Part shown: positions 19,501 through 31,912 of the stretch, one piece after another
How the letters are laid out: every line of letters begins with the position of its first letter
Numbering within the stretch: the stretch's first letter is position 1
DNA from: Phallusia mammillata
Taxonomy: Eukaryota
Reading direction: 5' to 3'
NCBI GenBank assembly: GCA_965637545.1
Contig: OZ281495.1
Coordinates: forward strand, 22,630,001 to 22,694,000
Length of the DNA: 64,000 nt
Position numbers and translations under genes: made by a program
The notes under the pieces: generated by a model
The model's database searches: none
Seen by the model: only the letters and a program-made list of their open reading frames with translations
Told to the model about the DNA's origin: nothing

Positions 19501-22500
19501 CGGAGATACAGATATAATATAATTTGAACAAAACGAAATTGGTTTACCTTCAGTGGTGGGATTCAGCAGGTTCGCACCGGTTCTATAAAACCGTCTCACA
19601 AATTTTTATCAGATCAGCGAACCGGTTAGCATTATACTGGTTACTATCAATGGACTTTTTGTGACAGAACGGGCTGCAAAACATGACTTTTGCGATTGAA
19701 CCGACTGACCAAAAATTTGAATCCCACCACTGTTTACCTTGCTCTTTGACAATTTTGTGTTCTTGTTTTAAACTTTAAATCTGTTACAGTCTGGTCACCA
19801 TGGGGACAATGGAGTTCTTGTGACAAAAACTGCGGTGGAGGAGAGAGAAGAAGAACGAGGACTTGTCAAAATGGAAGTGGGTGTTCCGGATCCATGGAGG
19901 ACGTGGACGACTGCAATTCCCAAACTTGCCCTTGTAAGTAATTTAGATACTGAACAAGGTTGCACGTCCAATTTTGAGTGATGCTTAAATTTATTCTGTC
20001 TGTTTTGTTATTAGCACTAATTAACATGTAAGAGTACCGTTATATACTGAAGTAAAGCTTTAAATGTTTTTAATCGGTCGGTATCTTTAATCCTGTGCAA
20101 CTTGCGCAAATAATAAAACAATAGCAGCTAGTGTTTTAATTTTGGACATATTTGGTCTGTCTAGCTTATGCTAAACTTTTACCAAACCTATTTTCAATTT
20201 ACAGTATAGTTTTTAACAGCATAAATCTCTTATATTGTGCAAGGCATTTAACAAATTAAGGCAGCGTCTGAATTTACATTTAAGTCATGGATTGAAGATT
20301 GTTTTTATAAAACACAACGTGGTTTGACGCATATTTAGTGACTAACTCTATTTTGTCAAATGAATTTATCGTTGCAAAAAATGCTGGAGCAAACGTAATT
20401 TTAGGTATTTCTCCAAAACTAAGTGACGTTGTACAATGAAGTTAAACTTGATTCCAACTTCAACCGCAAAATATATGTGCTCACGTTGTGCGTGAGGCAA
20501 CCTGTTTTTGAAACCAAAGTACCAATTGAACATATATTACCGTTGAGTTTCTAAAAATATTTATTTGCACATGACACTAGTTTACTGCAAAACAAAATGT
20601 TAAGCGATGGTTAAAAAGTACAATTTATCAGTAAATTGGACAATAATGGTATGGTGCTGTGTATATAGCGTGGTCATCCTGGACGCAGTGGACAAATTGC
20701 GATAAATCTTGCGGTAGTGGAGAACAGACCAGAACCAGGACGTGTTCCAACGGACCGTGCCAAGGATCTTCCAGTGGAAAGAAAACTTGCAACACAAATG
20801 TTTGTCCAGGTAAACGATCTAACAATGAGTATTGTGTAAAGGCGTTCTTCTCTAATTTTTATCAAAGTCTTACTGCACATACTGAGTCCTGATTTGAGAT
20901 TACACTTGGGTGGTAAAAGAAATCCAGTTTATTCAAGTGTCTTACGTACTAGCACTACTCTTATACGTCCATTACTGCAATCGGCTTTTTCAAAACTTGC
21001 GGCGCTTGGGGTATATACAACTTAAAGAGTTCACACGTTCATAAAAGACGCATTTAAAAAAATAGGATTATGCGCAAACATGTGACATTTTATTTAATCA
21101 TGATTTTGATGTATCGAATTGACAAAGAATTGAAAATCTTGTTGCCTTTGAAAAGAGGGGGATAGACCAAAGAGATGGGACTAACCTTCCAGACCAGCAT
21201 CTTTTTGCAACAAGCTTTAGCAATTTCAAAGGAAAGTCTATAACATGTTTCGCTCCGAACCAGGACTGAACAGTTGGGTCAGTTCAGTTGCAACTTTGGT
21301 TCTGACTTCAATTCAGTGTGATAAAAATCTCCACCGGTACCACCTGAAATATTCCGACGTACCACCAGTAGTGGTACCACAGATTGAGAACCAGTGAAGG
21401 GATTCGGCCAAATCGCCTAAAGTTATTCGGCCGAAACCGCATCTCAGTAAAAATCGTGGTTGTTAAAATGACATGGCTTGTTACACAGAGTCTTGTTTTG
21501 GGTAATACTTGCTTTGATTTGAGACTTCAGTCACTAAAACATAAACCACAAGTGTCGATCTGATATGGAGTTTGACTGATAAAAAATGTTCAATCCCCAA
21601 ACTCCATACTTTGCTCAATGACAAGTGATAATTCTTTTACATAGACTGGACACCATGGGGAACATGGAGTGGTTGTTCTAAAACCTGTGGTGGCGGAAAA
21701 AGATCACAAATGAGGACATGTCAAAACGGCCCTGGATGTGTTGGATCAAACAAAACAGAAGAAAATTGCAATGAAGACCCTTGTCCCTGTAAGTGTAACT
21801 TTCACTCAAGACTTTGTAAAAAATGCACTGATTTACTCTAACACGTTTATAATTCTTAAACTCTTTTATTGTTGTTCTGTAGACAATTGGCCTATTGCAA
21901 AGTTTAAGGGCGAAATGCATAGTTACAGATGATATACGTGCAATAAAACGAATCTCAATATCTTTATTGTATTGTGCACTAATTAAGAACATTAATAACC
22001 ACATGAATCTAACTCAAAGTCAAAAAATTGCCAGGAAAATCCGTTTTTTGCAGAAAATTACTCACAACTTTTCAGAGAAACTATATAAACTTATTTGTAA
22101 ATTTACAAATGTCAATTGTTTAATTTTTTAATTTACTTTCGCGAAGAAATGTGAGAAAATCTTTGCAGGAAAATTAGCAAATTTACCAAAGCTTGTTGAT
22201 TCAAGGTCAAAACGAGCATTTTATGATAGATGGAAGATTCATGTTTGTTAAAAGTGAACATCTTAGAAAATTGCAGCATGACAGCGCTCTTTATAAATTG
22301 TACTCCTGTCGTTGTGCAGCAAAGACAACCCACAAAACGGTATGTTTTATGTAGCTTGGACAAAATGGACAAACTGGGGCACATGTGATAAGACTTGTGG
22401 CGACGGAGAACAGACAAGAACTAGAATTTGCAACAACGGACCGTGTACATCAGGTTCTTCATCAGACACACAAACCTGCAACCTTGGAGATTGCCAAGGT

Positions 22501-25500
22501 ATAATTCTGGCACTATTATTAAATTGTAACTGATGTATTTTGTTTGTCTCTCACCGAAATTTGTGTAAACAATGTGAATGTTTTTAATCAGGCTAAAATA
22601 ACCCATTTCGGGGCAAATTGTAAAACAAACTCTAAAGCAGCGGTTCCCAAACTTTTTCATATTTTTTTCAAAACGGTCCTTTTGCCATTATTTTGAGGGC
22701 TCGCGGTCCTTGAGCCTAAATATGTATTTCATAAAAACGAAAGTTGATTTCAGGATTTTAGCTAGTTATGCAAAATTGCGCATAAAAGTCATCCAAACAC
22801 AGCTTGTGACATCACAGACAAGACAAATGCACTACAATTGTGCGCGAACAATTGCATTTTTGATAGTTGTCATTCAATAAAGGCTATTGTTAAGCAATGG
22901 AGACAGTTGATTCTCAATTCTACTTTGATTTAAACTTATTTAGTGGCACAAACTGACGCCAAATAAGATTATAGAATTACTTCAACCGCTTCGCGGTCCC
23001 CCCAAAATTGCCTCACGGACCCCTAAAGGACCGCGGACCCCAGTTTGGGAACCGCTGCTCTAAAGCGATTCAATTGCAGAAGAGCAGAACTAAAGTACAA
23101 GAAAAAAACTAATTTACAAACAAGGAAACAATTTAAAGTCACGATTTCAAAAAACAGGTGTCTAAAATCTAAACCCCAAATAGCGCTTAGTTAACTAATT
23201 AGGCCTACTTGAATGCTACCTCTTAGAGACAAGCCTTATTTTAGTAAGTGCTCTTTATTTTTACATCAGCGAGTTGGAGTTCTTGGGGCCAGTGGTCATC
23301 TTGTGCTGTGACGTGTGGTCGAGGTTCCCAAACCCGCACACGAACTTGCACTGGATCCGGTTCTTGTGAGGGAGACTCCAGTGAAGTAAAAACTTGTGTT
23401 CATGCTACTGTCTGTCCGTAAGTAACTTACGCATTACCAAATTACTGTTTTTTTTTAACTATTACCAGTTAATGACTTTATGGTCCATACTTTAAGGAAT
23501 TGTAGCTCCCGATATTCCTTTTACAGAGCAATTATACTGGAGCTTAAAAAAACAAATTCCGTAGAAGTTTTTGGCTGTTTGCAACTTCTAGCACCCTTAA
23601 CTCAATTAAAGTATTTATTTCCTGTTCAAGTTTTTCGTTATGCATGATATCCGTTGTTGTGTTCTGATGTTTATTTCAAAAACCAATATAAGTTATCAAG
23701 AATTCATCAGTAGTGTGATATGTTTTTGAACGAAAATCTTTTCATTTAAGAATTATTAGGCTATGTGGTAAATCAAAATTACTTGTTTCAAGGTGTACAT
23801 GCACTGGATGCCCAAACAATCCTACTTATGACACTTACTGCAGAGACCCTACAGTAAAAGTATATTGCACCCAGGGGAACTTTATCGCTTGGTTTCATGA
23901 AAACTGTCAAAATACATGCGGCACATGCCAATGCACATGCGGTAAGGGGTATTTTTTGTGTAAATCACACGTTAGACACGGATTCGCTGTGTCGTATTTG
24001 CGTAAGTGTTAAACAAGTTTGTGGTTTTCAAATCAGACTTTATTCAATCTCGTTTAAATGCACATTTATTTTATTTATTTATTGACAATTTATTTTATTG
24101 AACTAAATGTGTGCAAGACACAAAAAAAATGTAAAGACGGAAGAGAATAAAAATAGCATCAATCAAGTAGCTATAAGTTAGAATAAACGCCAGCCCACTT
24201 TACCTTAAGGGTCGCGAGTTTATTAGTGTGCAATGCACTTACATATTGTGAGTTTTTAACCGTCTTAAATAATGAAATAACAAGCAGAGCGTGGGCATGG
24301 GCTGAAATCCAAGACGTTACATCTTTCCAGTAGCTTTTAAAATGTTTAAAATGATAAAGTAAGTGCGATACAGTTTCGGGGCACTTTAGACAGAAAGCAC
24401 ATTAGTCGAAATCAGTGTTTCCAAAGGAGTGGAGTGCTTCGTTTTGTTACAATGGCACGCACGTATTTGGTGCGAGTCTCAAGTCCCGTTTCCACTTTTT
24501 CTTTTCTGGGCAAACTGATACACATTGTTTTAGTTTGTTTTAGAGCGCCCTTGATGTTTTATACACTTGAAATATTTCTAGGCATTCATTAACTAAGTTG
24601 AAGTTGTTTTTGGAAAGGTCATCAGTGTGGTCCCATTCGAAAGGCAGGGCGGCAACCATTTTAATGAAAATTTTAAAGTCATTGTTATTCGCGGTGAATT
24701 TGTGTTTATCTGCCAATTGATCGTATTTATAATATTTTAAAGGCACATGGTCGGATTGGGACAACTGGAGCGATTGTGCGCCATCATGTGGTAACGGTCA
24801 ACGCTCACGTACAAGGACTTGTCCGTCAGGGAAAAAATGTGAAGGTGTTACTGTAGAAGGTGAAGCATGCACCAATCCAGTTGCCTGCCAAGGTAACAAC
24901 ACAATGGCATAAACTTGCTGATTTAACACACCTGATCAACGTAGTTGCAAAAGGTTTACTACATTAGGTTGACCGGATGTAAAATGAAATTTTCCTTTGC
25001 AAATGTTCTAGTCAACGTATAGAATCAAACTATGAACGTAAAAACTTTTCTAACAACTTAATAAAAATGTGCCAATATTTAAATTTTTTGTGTATAATTA
25101 TGCAACAAATTTTTTAGCCGAATGGAATGAATGGGGTGGTTGGGGTGCATGTGTTGGCTCATGTGGCAGCGCTGGGACAAGAACAAGAACACGCGTCTGT
25201 TCCAACGCAAACCTTTGCTCAGGTTCTTCTACAGAGCAAGGATCTTGTACGGGAAGCTGCGAATGTAAGTATTAAGTTCGATTCCGTTACTTGCCATTAC
25301 ATAAAAACAGCCTCTTTAAAGTATAGGACTACCTAAGGTTGCGAATCTTTTCTGTAAAAACAATTTAGGTTTGAGAGACATAGTGGTTTGAAACATTTTT
25401 ATTAAGTGAAAAGTTTTATGCATATTAAGGCTTGCCAAGACAACGATTTTTTTAAACTTTTACATGAAACTTTTGTTATGTTAAGCTTTTCGATGTGTAA

Positions 25501-28446
25501 CATTTTTTGAACATTATCATTATTGTGACTCTTCGTTAAGACTCTTTTAATAGTTGAAGTGTAACGTAACAATTGATCACGCAGCTAATCCCTGGGGACC
25601 TTGCTCTCGAACATGTGGCCAAGGAACAAGGAGCAGACCGAAGTGCGTGGGTTGCGCTTTGGAATACGATGATTGCGAAATTATAAAGTGTCCAACACGT
25701 GAGTCGTATAGCTGCACAGAAAAACCTATAAAGTATTATTAATTTAAAAAAAAACACTAGCCACCTAATAAAATATATATTATTGAACCTATGTTTAGTG
25801 AATTGTGCGGCTAACCACTTCCGCCGTTACTCGGTGAACAATCACACCTGCTGTAGTGGAAACATCGGCTCATGCGGGAGAAGCAGAACCCAGGGGCGAA
25901 TCGTCAACGGCAGGGAAGCAAAAGCTGAGCAGTGGCCGTGGATGGTAAAATTATAACCTAGCTTATCCGTCGATTTTGACTTAAACACGTGGATAAAAGG
26001 GTGCAAGTCAGAAAATAACTGCGGAGCTCTGCTTTAAAAATTTCACAGTGTTGCCCAATTTAGCCCAACTTGGTACTAAATGAAATTTTTTTTTTAAATT
26101 TGAATGAATTTAAGAAACTATTGCCTAAATGTAAGTTTTAAGTTAAGATCAAATTTAAATGATCCAGCAACAATTCAGAAAGTTTATGTCCTTCGGTTTT
26201 TACGACTATATAACTTACTAATCGGTTTTTAAGTACAGCTGATTGAGGTAGTCCTATAGGCCTTTAATTGGGTTTAATTTCCTGCGATGACCATAGTGTT
26301 TATAACAACTGCAACCATTATTACACTTTTATCAGAATTATCGTGGAAACAGTTGGTTGTCTTAACTTTGTAACGTTAACGTCATGGAAATTACAAGCAC
26401 GGGTTAGATGTGCAGTCTTAAAACATTATTTTCTGTTTTTACAGGTGTATATGATTTTCAACAATAACCTTTGTGGAGGAATGGTGATTTCTAATACCTG
26501 GGTATTAAGTGCTGCTCACTGTTTTAGGTATGCTGTTGTAGTTAACTTACGTTTTTTTCTTGCCTTTGTTGTTATATCCCGCACAACACTTACTAACAGT
26601 CTATGTTCTTTCTTAAATCTAATGTGTAAGTTATTTCTTAAAGAGAGCAGACGTTATTTTTTGCTATATTTGTGTATAAAATGTTTTGTAATATATAATG
26701 TTTTTGTTTAGTGGTGTGCAGGCAAGTGCCATCACCGCAACGTTCGGAGCCTTGCTATTTCAGAAAAGCAGCCCCCATCAGCAAACCAGATCGGTGTCTC
26801 AAGTTATCATACACCCACAATACTCATTCCCGAAACATGATGTCGCACTTCTCCGGGTAAGAGACCGCACACAGTCCTACAGCATAAGTTATGTTGTGGT
26901 TGTAGTGCTATCGCAGAATGATACTGATGTGCTTGAAACGGTCTGGTTTTGTTAATATTCAGTTCGTGGAAAATCCAATCAATTTTGGATAACCTCTCTA
27001 CACAGTAAAAATAGGGGTAAGATTATACAGAATAAAAGCATATATAAGTGCTATAAACATTTGGCACATACAATAGTTATAACAGTGCTTGCAAGTACCA
27101 CTTGTAGAAGGTGAGTTACTATGGTTGCTACAGTACCTAATATGTTGAATACCTATTAGGATCGATGACAACTTGCTCATACTTTTCAGCTTTCCAGCGC
27201 AGTAAACTACGGCGCTTACGTACAACCGATTTGTCTTCCCCAAGGAGAAAGGGCGTTGGTTGGTAACATGTGTGTTGCTGCTGGATGGGGAAAACGTATG
27301 TTGAAAAAATGCCACATCTATGTTAAATACCTCAAGTTGGCAAAATATTTACGAGCAGAAAAAAACTCGAAAATAACTTTTTTGTATAAAATCAAAGTTT
27401 GCTCATCTAAAATATGTCGTTTACACTTTCAAACCAAGAAAAGATTTATATGTTATGAAGGCACATTTCGTCTGGGTTTTTGAATTGTTAAACCTTAGTG
27501 GCCAAACAATTGTCGACCACTTGTATATACCCAGTGGTGGGGTTTAAATTTTTGGTCAGCCGGTTCTATCATAAAAGTAATATTTTTCAGCCGGTTCTGT
27601 TACAAAAAGCCCTTTGACAGTAAAAAGTAATGCTAACCGGTTCGCTGATCTCATAAAATTTAGTGAGACTGTTTTATAGAACCGGTGGGAACCGGCTGAA
27701 TCCCACCACTGTATGTACCTCGATCTGATTCATATTATCTTTCATTCAGTGGCAAAGGGCTCTGCACTGCCAAAAACTTTGATGGAAGTAGACTTGAGAA
27801 TTCTTGAACATGTAATATGTTCCAACGCATATCAAACAAAAGCAAACTTTGATGAAAACAGTCACATTTGTGCAGGAGCTGTACGAGGAGGCGTCGACAC
27901 TTGTAACGTAAGTTTAAGACGCACGAACTGCTGTTTTGAATTGACATTTATACATATATTTTGATGGCGGTGTTCAGAGTACAGTAAAACTTGGTTAAAC
28001 CGGATACGGTTATTCCAGGTCTTTACCTAATTCGGAAAAACTACGCAGTACAAATAATCAGTAATATGATAAGACTTGAATTAATCGACATCAATTAATG
28101 CGGACCGGTTCGGGCCAAATAAAATTGTCCGAATTAGGCAGATCCGTATTACTGTTAAATGTATTCAAATTGGCGGAAGTGCGGAAAGACCATAATAAAT
28201 GTTTCTGCGAATAGTAAAAGAAACATACTAAACTTCCTGCATTTCCAGGGCGACAGCGGTGGGCCGCTTATGTGTCAGAGATGTGCAAACTGCGGATGGT
28301 TTGTTGCTGGTATAACTTCGTTCGGGGACCCGAATTGTGGAGGAGCAAAAACGCCTGGCATGTACGCGCGAGTGCGGTCTTATGAAAGTTGGATTCGGAC
28401 TTACACTGGCATAGCTGCCGGAGCCACCCACACTGCATGCCGCTGA
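10563..28446 (+). CDS. Modular serine protease, paralogue 2 (complete, 1457 aa): signal peptide + ShKT + 6 TSP1 + ShK + 12 TSP1 + ShK-like + 3 TSP1 + trypsin (S1A)
   Basis: 31 exons summing to 4374 nt (1458 codons incl. stop): 10563-10635 ([24 protein letters not shown]), 11065-11184 ([35 protein letters not shown]), 11493-11648, 12150-12305, 12501-12650, 12969-13124, 13331-13486, 13721-13850, 13910-14070, 14497-14646, 14729-14866, 15091-15234, 15455-15595, 16450-16590, 17164-17307, 19066-19206, 19790-19933, 20669-20809, 21645-21788, 22355-22498, 23270-23417, 23793-23941, 24743-24892, 25118-25264, 25585-25698, 25799-25944 (R-IVNG), 26445-26527 (SAAHC), 26712-26856 (HDVALL), 27190-27295, 27750-27907, 28249-28446 (GDSGGP). 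Confidence 0.92.
12059..12117 (+). other. Truncated TSP1 pseudo-exon with intact acceptor and in-frame stop
   Basis: caaag|ctgtaaattggtccgaatggggcgattgggaa is a near-identical copy of the start of exon 11493. It diverges after about 38 nt and hits TAA at 12115-12117. Confidence 0.75.
15356..15418 (+). other. Decayed, frameshifted TSP1 pseudo-exon
   Basis: taaag|ca tgg tcg aca tgg gga ccg ttc (AWSTWGPF). After a frameshift it reads agt aaa cct tgt ggt ggt gaa atg agg acg aga tcc ([12 protein letters not shown]), followed by ag|GTTAAA. The entry frame stops at TGA. Confidence 0.6.
16695..16875. mobile_element. Non-autonomous TIR element, family M5
   Basis: TIR ccgagttgtatgt / acatacagctcgg (12/13 match); no clear TSD. 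Confidence 0.65.
16923..17106. mobile_element. hAT-like MITE, family M1 (cagtggtgggattc...gaatcccaccactg)
   Basis: TIRs, exact 8-bp TSD tttacctt, internal aaccgg repeats; 4 copies in the window. Confidence 0.9.
17337..18473. mobile_element. 1.1-kb non-autonomous TIR element (gggaaagtcgtgtaatttggacc ends)
   Basis: 23-bp TIR (22/23 match) and subterminal inverted repeats at 18223-18287. Absent from the duplicated intron copy near 19960. No clear TSD or transposase ORF; superfamily not assigned. Confidence 0.75.
19330..19503. mobile_element. Non-autonomous TIR element, family M5 (duplicate of the 16695 copy)
   Basis: cagagttgtatgt...catacaactcgg at the same intron position in the duplicated unit. 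Confidence 0.65.
19551..19732. mobile_element. hAT-like MITE, family M1 (duplicate of the 16923 copy)
   Basis: Same TIRs and same TSD tttacctt. Confidence 0.9.
22638..23057. mobile_element. hAT-like MITE, family M3 (cagcggttcccaaact...agtttgggaaccgctg)
   Basis: TIRs and exact 8-bp TSD ctctaaag; second copy at 63681. Confidence 0.9.
27532..27711. mobile_element. hAT-like MITE, family M1 (opposite orientation to the 16923 copy)
   Basis: cagtggtgggg...gaatcccaccactg; TSD tatatacc/tatgtacc (7/8). Confidence 0.85.
27980..28155. mobile_element. Degenerate Tc1/mariner-pogo-like MITE fragment (tacagtaaaacttggttaaacc end)
   Basis: Starts with TA-CAGT. Its left end is the reverse complement of 35851-35873 (gggtttaaccaaggtctactgta), and both share ttgtccga(a/g)ttagg. 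Confidence 0.4.
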
Positions 28447-28655
28447 GTGGAGCGTTTTTCTTTATTACATAGAAATGTTAGATGGACCTTTGTGCATGCA
28501 TATCCACAAAAGGCTTTAATTTTTTGTCAAAATAGTTAGAAGCGTTTGATTTATGCATTGCCTTGTTGTAAGTAGTGAAAAAAAAAACTTCGGTCTTTAT
28601 ATTACTTTGGTTTTTAATCATTTTGTTGATGCGTGTAAACGATTTGTTTCAATAC

Positions 28656-28661
28656 AATAAA
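28656..28661 (+). terminator. Poly(A) signal of protease paralogue 2
   Basis: AATAAA 210 nt after the stop codon. Confidence 0.55.
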
Positions 28662-28763
28662 ACGCAGTAGCGAATTTTTTGTTGTTTTGAGATAGTAAGT
28701 TTTATTTAATAACAAACCTCGTGGTTTTCTACCGGTGGCTTATTTTAGGTTTGGGAATATATA

Positions 28764-29157
28764 AACAGGGTTGCCACTTGCCATACCGTCCTTATTTTAA
28801 AGAGCAAAGCCTTAGAAAAAAGTATTGTTTTTATTTCTTGGAAATATCCTTGTTTTCGACTTGAGTCCTTGTTTTGTCTTATTTTCGACAATTACAAAAC
28901 TTATAAACTTATTATAGTAAAATGACAGTCATATCCTTGCGACAAGGAAAAGTAAACCTAGAACTGGGTTGTCGTGAGAAATATTTTCTAAAAACAAGGA
29001 GTTGCTGAGACAGATTGTTTGTGGCAAAAAGTATGGCAAGTGATATGCCATGGCTCATATAAATGTAAAGATTTGTATCAAAGCGTTTGTTTCGTTTCGT
29101 ATTAAAATTTTATTTTTCGGTTGTCCTTTTTTGGGATCCATGTCGATGGCAACCCTG
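28764..29157. mobile_element. hAT-like MITE, family M6 (cagggttgcca...tggcaaccctg)
   Basis: Perfect 11-bp TIR; flanks tatataaa/tttacaaa (6/8); internal inverted cacttgccatac/gtatggcaagtg. Confidence 0.6.
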
Positions 29158-30386
29158 TTTACAAACCTATCTTTGTCGTAGGCTGTGTAAAACGCAACAA
29201 GATCGAAACCTTTGTTACTTTGGTCAGACAACAAAAGGCATCAACTTATATGGAGTGATTGCCAAACTCTATTTTACAAAACGCAAATTATCCTTGCGAT
29301 AAAGAGGTTGATTCCGGGGGTAAAATGCTCTTATAAGTGCTACAACAAAAGCATTGGCATTAAGCCCCACTGTAATACCTGCAGTTCGTAAATCTTTGTT
29401 GATCGCTTCCAGCACTGACGGACTGGTTGCGTTCTATCAGCTAACAATTGTGCAACAGATCGATGGGGAAATTGGGTTGGCGTTTGACGCAAGCCAAATA
29501 CAACACTGCAGCTGTAGCTGTCAAGATTTGCTTTTCACGCCACGCAGTTTTGTTTAAATGATTTATTCTTTCCATCTAGTTTGAGCCTAATGCATTGCAC
29601 GATTGTGAATTTAGAAATAAAGTGGGATCGAGGATGCTACCTGTCTGTTGTCCAAGCTGGGACACTTTCGTGCTTCAGGCATAAGCTGAAGTTCATTACT
29701 GCTCTCGGCAACTACCAATAATGTATGTTGTGAAAAAATGACACACATAATTAAATTACCTGTAATTTGTAAGAACGCAAAATTCATACAATACAACGGC
29801 AACTTTAAGATGCGGTAAAACTGGTATGAGGACAATACCTTATCACTGAGGCACAATGACATCTGGGCAGTTTGGTAAACAAATGTTAACGGAAACAACA
29901 TTTATTTAACCAACGAGTTATTAGGTGTTCCTAACAAGTGTTGTTTTTAAAGATTTATCACATTAAACAACAAAATATTGTTGGTGTTAATTGGTTTCAG
30001 TCGGACAGTCCAATAGAAAAGTCGCATTTGAAAAAACAACACAATATATCTATGTACACATTGTGATAGAGCAAACAACTTACCGTTGCTCACGCGAAAT
30101 TGAAAAGCACACACAAAACACGGAGAAATCTCAAGCACTTACGTTAAAGTTGCTGAATATTTTAAAATAATCAGTTCTAAAAGGGGCACAGCGTTGATTG
30201 GCTGTTCGGCAGTTTACAAGATTAAACTACAGCTTTTGGATTTGAGGATGAAGGCTTTATAACTAGTCTGCCAAACCTGACAAATTCTGATAAACCGATG
30301 CCGACTGTGGCATGAGAGGATTGTGCAACAATAAAGAATAAAACACCAGCCTTCAAATGGTTTAGTCCAGCAGGGAGACAAACTGT

Positions 30387-31240
30387 TTATGAGGAGTTGG
30401 ACATGACGAGGTTGCTTTGAGAGGCTTTCCTTACCCGAGGTATCTCATCCGGTGTTGGCATATGGTCGCCAGTTACTTGCGTCAGTTTCTTATTCTCAGG
30501 CATTCTACTCGGCTTGTTCATCTGCGCGCGCGCCATGTTGTAATCGCCCGAGTCAAAGTATTTCTGGAAAGCAGTAAAATACCAATGACACATAAACCGT
30601 TTTGCGCTTTATAACGATTTAACGTTGCGCAGCTATTTGCGGCTTGGTGATTGTTTTAGTGCAATTGTGTAGCTATGATTTCTTTTACAAAGCGATATAA
30701 ACTCAACTCAATCTAATAATGATCTTCTGGCAAATGTATATTCTTAACCGACGTTTCAACTTTATCAGGGTAATAATTGATATATCATGCCTGGTAAATA
30801 CCACCTGTCTGCATTATCATCCGGCAAGGACACACAAAGTTTGTTATTTAAAGAGTTGTTTCTTTTTTAAAGTACATGTTATCATGGTGGCAAAAAAAAT
30901 GTCTGAATTACTGCATAACAACAACCTCAGCCATGGAAGTGCATGCTTCAAACATGTCTGAGGTTGTTTAGCAAAGAAACGATTGCTCGTGCATGTTAGG
31001 TGGAAACTATAAATAAGGTATGACCTCACCTTTTGGTTCATTCTTTTCTGCAACATGCTCGATCCTGCTTTTGGTTTTAGATTACCATATTTGCTTTTGA
31101 GCATTTCCTCCTGTTGCTTTTCAATATTCTACATGCAAGACACAATTGGTTGCATTTATCTGTCAATAAAACATGTAAACATGCAAACTCACCACTGCTG
31201 AAGCAGGCTGCTTAAACTCTGGGGATTCTTCACTTGACAT
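30387..31240 (-). CDS. ENSA: Alpha-endosulfine / ARPP19 family PP2A-B55 inhibitor, 107 aa
   Basis: Three exons 31240-31193 ([16 protein letters not shown]), 31128-31030 ([27 protein letters not shown]) and 30563-30387, with phase-0 GT/AG introns. Contains the diagnostic Greatwall site [18 protein letters not shown], and a C-terminal RKAS PKA-type site. Confidence 0.93.
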
Positions 31241-31912
31241 GGCTTCAATTTTAAAACAACAAAGCACAAAAAATAGTTCCAAAATTTTTTACACCTTTAT
31301 CCTTAGTGTTGACTGTTCCTAGAATCTATATGTAAGACACAGGAAGTAAGCTTCTCAGTCCATGACGCAACACACAGGTGGCACTCAACACAAACGGCTC
31401 ATTGTACATTATATGATGCATCAGAATTGAGTCATGCACATTCATTACAACAGGGCCAGACCCGTAATTACTAAACCAAAGTAAGTTTGCTACTGCATGA
31501 ATGTTGCATAAATAGCATCCTGACACATTTGACATTGGAACCACATCTAAATGAGACATGAAATAATGTAGGCTATGGAAATGTTAAGCATATTAAACAT
31601 AAGCAATTTTCAAATTATTCAAACAGTGCTTGAAAGGTATTTCTACACACCAAAACAGCAGCAACAAAAATGTACACATAGTTCATGTATGATTCTTTTC
31701 TTGTCATTGGAAATCTCAGAAATAAAAACAACTTTCTATTTACTAGCACCATCATGCCCAGCAATTCAAAAGGGAAACCAATTTTATCACAAGGCAACTT
31801 AAGACCCTTTTAAACCCAAAACACCTCAGTCAGTTACATTAATTACAGTTTTATGCAATCATGTAAAACCAAACCAAAATTGACCTGAGGGTTTATTATT
31901 CATCATGTCAGA

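Larger units (their letters stand above)
16388..20650 (+). repeat. Internal tandem duplication of a two-TSP1-exon unit
   Basis: 16388-17335 aligns by eye with 19002-19960 (both exons, the intron, and two embedded elements). About 18490-18930 aligns with about 19968-20600. Confidence 0.88.

Noticed and set aside
21300-21460. Fragments resembling MITE ends (gtggtaccacagattgagaaccagtg; ttcggccgaa)
   Set aside because: Only one end is visible and there is no TSD, so boundaries could not be defined.
11493-23417. Regularly spaced similar sequences resembling a repeat-spacer (CRISPR-like) array
   Set aside because: They are coding TSP1 exons with splice sites in a eukaryotic gene. The spacing is intron-sized and irregular, and there are no cas genes.
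24061-24110. (TTTA)n tract suggesting the tail of a minus-strand retroposon
   Set aside because: No recognisable SINE/LINE body or TSD.
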